A DNA stretch of 64,000 bases from Eledone cirrhosa (taxonomy: Eukaryota). The stretch is from NCBI GenBank assembly GCA_964016885.1, contig OZ024740.1, positions 344,720,001 through 344,784,000 of the forward strand. Reading direction: 5' to 3'. The notes below the pieces were generated by a model. That model saw only the letters and a program-made list of their open reading frames with translations, ran no database searches and was not told the origin of the DNA. Both the position numbers and the translations under genes were made by a program. Positions 57,161 through 64,000 of this stretch are shown in pieces (the first letter of the stretch is position 1; each line of letters opens with the position of its first letter).

Positions 57161-60100
57161 TTACAGACACATACTCAGAGAAGGCCCATTCATTCGGGCC
57201 ATACTTGCTTCTCTCACCCATCTTTCAACAAAATGCTGGGAAGAGAGCACTTCCCTCTCTACCCTGATTTTCCTTTTCAAATGAAATTTGAAAAAGTTAA
57301 TCAGGGCATCACCGAAGAGGTAAGTGCTCGTCTTCAGCCCTTTCAAACGTGTCCACCATACTATCTCTTTCGCCATGGCCACCAGACAGATAAAAACTGC
57401 CTGCCCTTCCCGGCTAAAGGAAGGGGGCGGGGCTATCCTCACGATGGACTCAGCTGATAGCTGGATAGGTCCTACACGTGACAGCAGGTGTTCGACATAA
57501 ACCCACAAGTCAGCAATGCTCGGACACTGGACGAGTGCGTGCAGGACGGTTTCGTCGCCCTGCGCGCATCTCGGACATGCCCGGCTGACGGCACCTCCAT
57601 GCCTGTAGAGTTTATCCCGAACTGGCAAAGCTCCTCGGTAGCACTGCCAGGCCAGGGATTTCTGGAAGTTGTCCATAGGCCCCGGCCCGAAAGTCCTTCC
57701 GAAGAGATTGGCTAGTTGATTTTCGTCGACGCCTAGAGTTTCTCCAAGTACGTCGTCGCTCTTCCCCTCCACTAATCCCCTATAGAACGCCAAGGTGGAG
57801 TTTCCACCGATCACATTGCCCGATTGGTCGAGGGCTGTGAGCGCCTGAAGAAATTCCAGTCTCCAAGCGCTCCCTCTCGGTCTTCGCTTGTCCCAGGACT
57901 GCAGCTCCGTCAAGGAGACGAGCTGGGGAAAAACGTGTCTTGCAAACGGCGACCACACCTGATCACCGTCGAGGAAGAGGTGGAGATGTCGTAGCCTGAA
58001 CGCGTGTCTGCGCATCATCAGCCACGGCATGCCCAGCCCTCCACGTAGCGGGTGTTGACAGCAGACGGACCGCCTGACCATCGGAGCGCGTCCCTTCCAC
58101 AAGAAGCGAAAGAGCAAACGCTCCAGCGCAGTCAGGCGGGGCTTAGGACAAGGTACGACGGTCAGGCGGTAGTAGATGACGGATGCGATGTACGCATTCG
58201 CCACCTCCGCTCGACCTTTCAGGGATAGCTTCCTCTCGGCCCATTTCTGGGTGAGATAAGCCACCCTTATCGTCACCTCGTCCCAGTTTTTGTCCGTCTG
58301 GAGGTCTGGACCGAACCAGACCCCTAGCAATTTAACCGGTCCGTCCGTCCAGCGCCCGACGACGCTGTTGGACGGCATGGACCTGCCTCTCCAGGTGCCG
58401 AGCTGCAGGCCCACTGACTTTTCCTGGTTGATCATTGCTCCTGTCACCGCTTCGTATTCTCTTAGTGTAGTGCCGATCGCCTCGATGTGTTTGGCGTTCG
58501 ACACCACTACGGTGCCATCGTCGGCATATGCTGACACGGATCTTCCGCATCCTAGTTCGCGCGGGACCCCCCTCAACGTCTCCAGTTTGTGCAGTAATGG
58601 CTCGAGAGTCAATACGTACAATAGGGACGAGAGGGGACATCCTTGGCGGACCGAGCGCATGATGTTGAACGGTTCCGAAAGGTGACCGTTCACTCTCACT
58701 ACAGAGCAGATGTCGCTGTGCATGGCAGCGATCCAGCCTCTGAAGACGGGCCCAAAGCCAGCCGCCCTCAGGACTGCCGCTAGGTAACGATGGTCGACCC
58801 TATCGAAGGCTTTCGACTGATCTAAATTGATCAAAGACCCACCCGTGCCAGGTTCCCTAGCTACCCTCTCTACGATGTATCGCATGAGGTGGAGGTTGTC
58901 GTGGATGGATCTGTCGGGAATGGCGCATGTCTGCGCCTCTCCCACCAGACCATCAACGACAAGCGCCAACCTCTTTGCTAGCACCTTGGCCAAAATCTTG
59001 AACTCTGTGTTTAGCAGAGTTATGGGCCTAAAATTATCTATGTTATCCCCCTTGTTCGGATCCTTTCTCAGCAGCGCCACCGCTCCTCGGCTCACAGAGC
59101 TGGGAATTCTCCCGTTCTGTTGCCAGTTGCAGTAGACGTCCGCCAAGAGGCCTCCGAACAAGTTTGGCATTTGTACGTAAAGTTCATAGGGCAGACCATC
59201 CAAACCAGGCGATTTACCCCTTGTGCAACTAGTCATTGCATCCCGTACTTCAGCGGTTGTTATCGGCTTTTCGCAACACTCCGCCTCAGTGGCCGAAAGC
59301 CGCGGCAGTCCGTCGAGGTAGACACTAAAGTCCATCCCTCGATCCGGCCCGCCACTGCCCCCGAACAGTTGAGCGAAGTGTCGCTGAAAAGCTTCACACA
59401 TTTGCCCGGGATCGAGTAGCATGCGCCCGTCGTGGTCCACCAAAGACCGGATCGTGCCTTTGTTGCCACGACGCGCCTCCGCCACTCGGGCCTATTGAAC
59501 GGCTTTCGTCCCCTCGTGTCTGAGAGCACGCACCCTAGCTCTGACAACGCAGCCTTCGTGCTTTGCATTGAAGAATTTGTCAAGGGCCAATTTCGCCGCA
59601 AGTACGTCGGTCGCGATGCCTTTGCTAAGCGCCTCATCTAATTTTCTAACTAATTCTCCCTCTGCTCTATTTTTCTCTATTGCTAAAGTCTTACTAAACC
59701 TAATGGACTCTATTCTAATTGCTCTTTTCAGAGCAAACCACCACTTGTTGTTGACGATGGCCCCCGTCAACGCCCGCTTAACTAGTTCGCTAATCCGGTC
59801 TCTGTAGGCCTTGCGCGCTGGTAAGGACGCGTTTAACTTCCAGTAGCCGGGTCCTCGTCTATGAAGCCTATCTAAGTCAAGCACACAGATCACGAATTTG
59901 TGGTCCGTGTAGCTGACTATCTTGAATTGTGGACAGCCTATGCTAGACCTATCTATTTCCCTACAAAATACTCTATCTAGATATGATCTGGATGACCCTA
60001 TGCGATTTTTCCAAGTCCACATTGGTACATTCGGGAAATCCATTCGGTACCTGTCAGACAGTTCAAAACGTCTGAGCAGGTTGGTGAGACTCTTGCACCC

Positions 60101-60580
60101 TCCTTCCCTATCCACTAATCCCACACAATCCCAGCGTGCATCTAAGATCCCGTTCCAGTCGCCCACTAACACTAAAGAGCGGGACGTTCCAAGAAAAGTC
60201 TCCAGACGCCGGAAGAAATCAGGCCGCCCTGCTCCTGTCGGGGCATAGACGGCCACTAACCTTAAAGCTTGCCCGTCTCCGCTGGTCACGTCCAGCACCA
60301 CCAACTTACCTTCTGGGTCCAGGAAGATGGCCCGTATGGCAAGATCCAAACCTCTCCGAAAAAGCACAGCAACTCCTCCCCCCGATCCCGGACGGCTGGG
60401 AGATGCGTACACATCGTAGCCGCCGAAGATCGGTGCGAAAGCCTGTGCTTCGGAGATTCTGGTCTCGCTGATGGCCACTACATCTATGTTTAGTGACCTG
60501 AGGTCGTTGAGCAGGTGGCCCTGCTTCCATGACGACCCCAAGCCACGCGCATTTATGCTGCATATTCTGAGTGAGGTCAT
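57161..60580 (-). pseudogene. Tx1/L1 ORF2 (APE endonuclease, RT, C-terminal zinc finger) with one in-frame TAG at 59492-59494
   Basis: SINARGL..SET..VYAP..GDWN..YLDR..TDH..PGYWKLN; KSPGLDG..FRPITLLN..LDQSKAFDRV..RQGCPLS..YADD; CPRC..ETVLHALVQC. The two track ORFs share one frame. Confidence 0.95.
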
Positions 60581-60619
60581 GTTGAAAAGGAGTGGAAAAG
60601 ATGGGAAAGACCACTTACC

Positions 60620-62609
60620 TTACTTCTCGTAGGGGAAGGACGGTTTTTCCATCCTTTTCACTGCTTGTGGCCTCCTCAGGAAGAATGTCCTTATAAATCC
60701 TCCTGGAGAGTGCTTGTCGGAAGTCTCCGATGTCTTTGGGGAATTTTTGTTTTAGTGTCATGTACGTTTTCTGTGTGATGCGAGTGATTTGTATGTGTGG
60801 AGGTGGTATGAATTTTGGGGTTGTTGTGTAGTCTTTTTCTGTGATGCTGGTGTTGTGTTGGATGTAGTGTAATCATTGCTTGTTGTTCAAATTTAATGCT
60901 GTGTAGTGTGTATAGTTTCGGTCGTTTTGTTTTGTTTGCGTTTGTTGTGGGTTTGTTTCTGTTTCGCATGTTGGTGACTTTTGTGGTGTAGGTGATGGTG
61001 GTGTTGGAGTTAATGATGGTGATGGTGTTGGTGTTTGGGTTGATGGGGTTGGTGATGCTGGTGTGGATGGTGGCATATCTGTCCTAACTTTTTTGTTTCT
61101 TAGTTTATTTGTTTCCCTCTGTATTTTGTTTTTGGAGGGGGAAGGAAGAGAATTTTTTCTTTTTTGGTTTCTTTTTTTTTTCCGGATATCGTAACCCACT
61201 CATCGTCGTCACAATCTGCCTCCAGTTGTGATAGGCCGGGGAGTAGAAAATCCTCCACAGCCGTTAGTTTTGGTTGTGGTGTGGTGGATGGTGTAGGCGC
61301 TGGTGCTAGTTCTGAAGCGTTGGGTGGTGGTGGTGTTGGTTTTGCTGGTGGTGGTAGTGGTGTTGGTTTTGCTACTGTTGCTGGGGTTGATGCTGTTATA
61401 GTTGCTTCTGTTGTTGCTGCTACAGTTGTTGCTGCCATCTCTGCTACTGGTGGTGTTGATGGTTGTGTCACTGGGGTGGGTAGGAGAGGTGGCCTCAACC
61501 TTTTAGTCTGAGGGCAGAAAGCCCTTAGGTGGGTTCCTTCACCACAAACGACACACCTAGGTCTTCTGCCCTCGACAATTACCGTGAGGTGGCTGCCGTC
61601 AGTGAGGTCTATTACCTCTGGGGTCTCCTCAATACTTTTTTGGTCCGCTTGGATTAGGAGCTCCATCCCAGATCCGGACCAGTTTTCCTGCTTTTTTTTG
61701 CTATTGCTATTATTTTCGTGTTGGCTTCGATGCCGGCGAGGACAGCCGCTATTAACCAGGGAATTTCGATGGCCGGTGGAACGTGGGCCACCCTGATCTT
61801 TACGAGTCTCTGGCCACAATAGCTTGGGACGAGTGTGAAGTCGTCACTTTTTAATGGGGCCATGGAGTGTTCTATAGCCTCCTCTGGTGTTTCAAAGAAC
61901 ACATCCACGGTTGCATACTTTTGCCCACGTCTGATGTGGGTTTTTCTTGCCCACACATGTCCCAAAGCTTTTTGGATTTGGGACTCGGATGCCCGTTCCA
62001 CTCGGCGCGATTTTACATTTATTGTTCTATACGACACGGTGCATAGGCGCCGATGCTCCATTTTATTAGGTGGGGGGTGAGGCTGACCCTGTACCCAACT
62101 TTCTTTACCATTTGTTTGGCATTTTCTAAATCCTCTTGAGATACCGTGAATGCTTCGAATTGTTTTGCCACTATGGCGAAACTGAGGGTCGGTCTTATAA
62201 TGTCATTGTTGTTGTTGTTGTTGCTATCGTTATTTGTGTTAATATTAATTTTAGTTTCAGTTGTGGTGGTGGTGACGTCAGTCGTCTTTGGTGCGGAAGA
62301 GTCCATTTTGCTTAATTTCATTTCGACATCACGAGTTAATTTATTTTTTTCTTCTTTTGTTTCTGTTGTCGTGGTGGTGGTGGGGGTGGTGGTTGTCGCG
62401 GTGGTGGTGGTGTTGGAGGCTTTAACACCTGCAGTCATTGGTAATGGCGGGAAATGAATGTCTGCCTGAGACAAATTTAAAATATTGCTACTGCTTATAT
62501 TTTTTTTTGTGTTGGCAAACGTAGTAACATTTACAATGGTGGTGTCGGTGTGAGGTGTTATTTTGTGAGGAAGGGTTTCAGCTGCTTCGTGCAGAGGGGA
62601 ATTAGCCAT
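60620..62609 (-). pseudogene. Tx1 ORF1 (gag-like, zinc knuckle), split by several frameshifts
   Basis: Overlapping ORFs 62019-62609, 61654-62061, 61100-61819 (CVVCGEGTHLRAFC = CX2CX4HX4C), 60873-61199, 60691-60969; Thr/Pro-rich linkers. Confidence 0.8.
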
Positions 62610-62817
62610 TTTCTTTCAAAGAAATTTTTGGATAATAATAAAAGTTAAAATTTTGGGCACAAGGCCCCAATTTTTTTGGGTGTCCTTTTCGGAAAACAAT
62701 GTTTGTGTGCTTATAAACAGTTAACAATAAAATTTTCCATAAATGGCAATTTTTAACAAACGGAAATAACAAACCTCTGCGGAGCTCACGATGATACGAT
62801 TTACTACGTAGGTCGCC

Positions 62818-62862
<45 letters not shown>

Positions 62863-63029
62863 TTAAAATAAAAAGTGCAAATATTTGGAATAATAAGATA
62901 TATGATATATTCAGAATTACCGTTTTTATTCTACTCTCTACATTTTGGAAAGCACATTTTTGGTTGGTAGATCCAACAGTTCTTACTTAACTTATTACTA
63001 TCTATACCGTACAAAACCAGACAAGGAAA

Positions 63030-63430
63030 ACAGCTAAATCCTGAAAATACTATCTATTTTTCAAACTTTTCCATGTAATGTGACTATGAAATTTAACATC
63101 GAAAACCAGATATTGTAGTGATCAACAAATTTAACAAACAATATTTGATTTTGGATGCGGCTTGTCCCACTGACAAGAGGTACAAGAATAAGGTTTGCGA
63201 CAAAAACTGAAGAATATTAAGACATACGAACCACTTGCCTAGGAGTTAAAAAATCTGTGAGCAATAGAAAGTGTAGAAGTGACCCCAGGTATAGCCGGGG
63301 CGCCTGGTTTTGTGAGCACCAGAATTGAAAGCTATTTTAAAAAATTTGCAGCGCCTATATCAGAGTAGTGTCCTTACAAAAGGCAATACTATTTCGAACT
63401 GCCATGATACCCAGAAAAGTGCTAGATAAT
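63030..63430 (+). mobile_element. Decayed R4/Dong RLE-domain fragment
   Basis: HRKPDIVVINK..LILDAACPTD..ELKNL..LQKAILFRTAMIPRKVL with stops. Confidence 0.8.
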
Positions 63431-63490
63431 TGAGCATGCCATATCAGTCCAAATCTTTTGCACAATTAGCACCAGAATAATAGTAGTAGC

Positions 63491-63551
<61 letters not shown>

Positions 63552-63790
63552 CTAGTAGTAGTAGTTATAGTAGTAGTAGTAGCATTTCTCCTTATTGTGA
63601 CGTTTGAATTCATGTAATAGCCTTGATGAGGGTGTAGGTTGTAAAACTGAAGCAGTGACTCCGTGATAAAACGATGGTGACTTGTTCATCAAAGTTTTGC
63701 ACCCGTGGATGTGTGAATATCGTGAACTAATCAAGCAACCAAAAATAATATGAAAATATCCTATACAGGAAAAAATGTATCGGCTCCTAT

Positions 63791-63824
<34 letters not shown>

Positions 63825-63825
63825 T

Positions 63826-64000
<175 letters not shown>

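Larger units (their letters stand above)
56912..62818 (-). mobile_element. Full-length Tx1/L1-clade LINE inserted in (AAT)n
   Basis: 5' UTR, ORF1, ORF2, 3' UTR with AATAAA (56924-56929, -); (AAT)n directly at both ends. Confidence 0.95.

Noticed and set aside
59492-59494. Programmed read-through between EN and RT of the Tx1 element
   Set aside because: Tx1/L1 ORF2 is normally continuous; a single substitution or base error explains it. Other copies would be needed to revisit this.
57110-62457. Plus-strand ORFs overlapping the Tx1 element
   Set aside because: Antisense shadows of GC-rich coding sequence.

Overview
Eukaryotic, AT-rich, microsatellite-dense DNA with no recognisable host protein-coding exon. 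The SINE, LINE and Penelope content and the (TA)n/(CA)n/(GA)n density suggest a cephalopod such as Octopus (inference). Nearly all ORFs in the supplied track are microsatellite or antisense artefacts. Real coding remnants: a decayed CR1-type LINE (0.3-3.2 kb, -), a near-complete Naiad-type Penelope-like element (PLE; 5.7-10.1 kb, -), four further PLE fragments, RTE and R4/Dong fragments, a mariner fragment, and a near-intact full-length Tx1/L1 LINE (56.9-62.8 kb, -) inside an (AAT)n tract. There are also Nin-domain tRNA SINEs, a Helitron-like element and a Tigger-like MITE. The main observation is non-coding. Folding by eye gives about 8 sequence-distinct families of type I hammerhead ribozymes (HHRs), with roughly 19 copies plus several degenerate ones. 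They lie in PLE terminal repeats and in small ORF-less fold-back or tandem elements inserted in (TA)n. They include U3-A8 and U4A core variants, palindromic stems III suited to dimer cleavage, greatly enlarged stems II, and a shared GAGG/CCUC pseudoknot. One tandem HHR pair is spaced 591 nt apart, like a retrozyme or circular-RNA unit. All structures are manual predictions; nothing was searched or tested.
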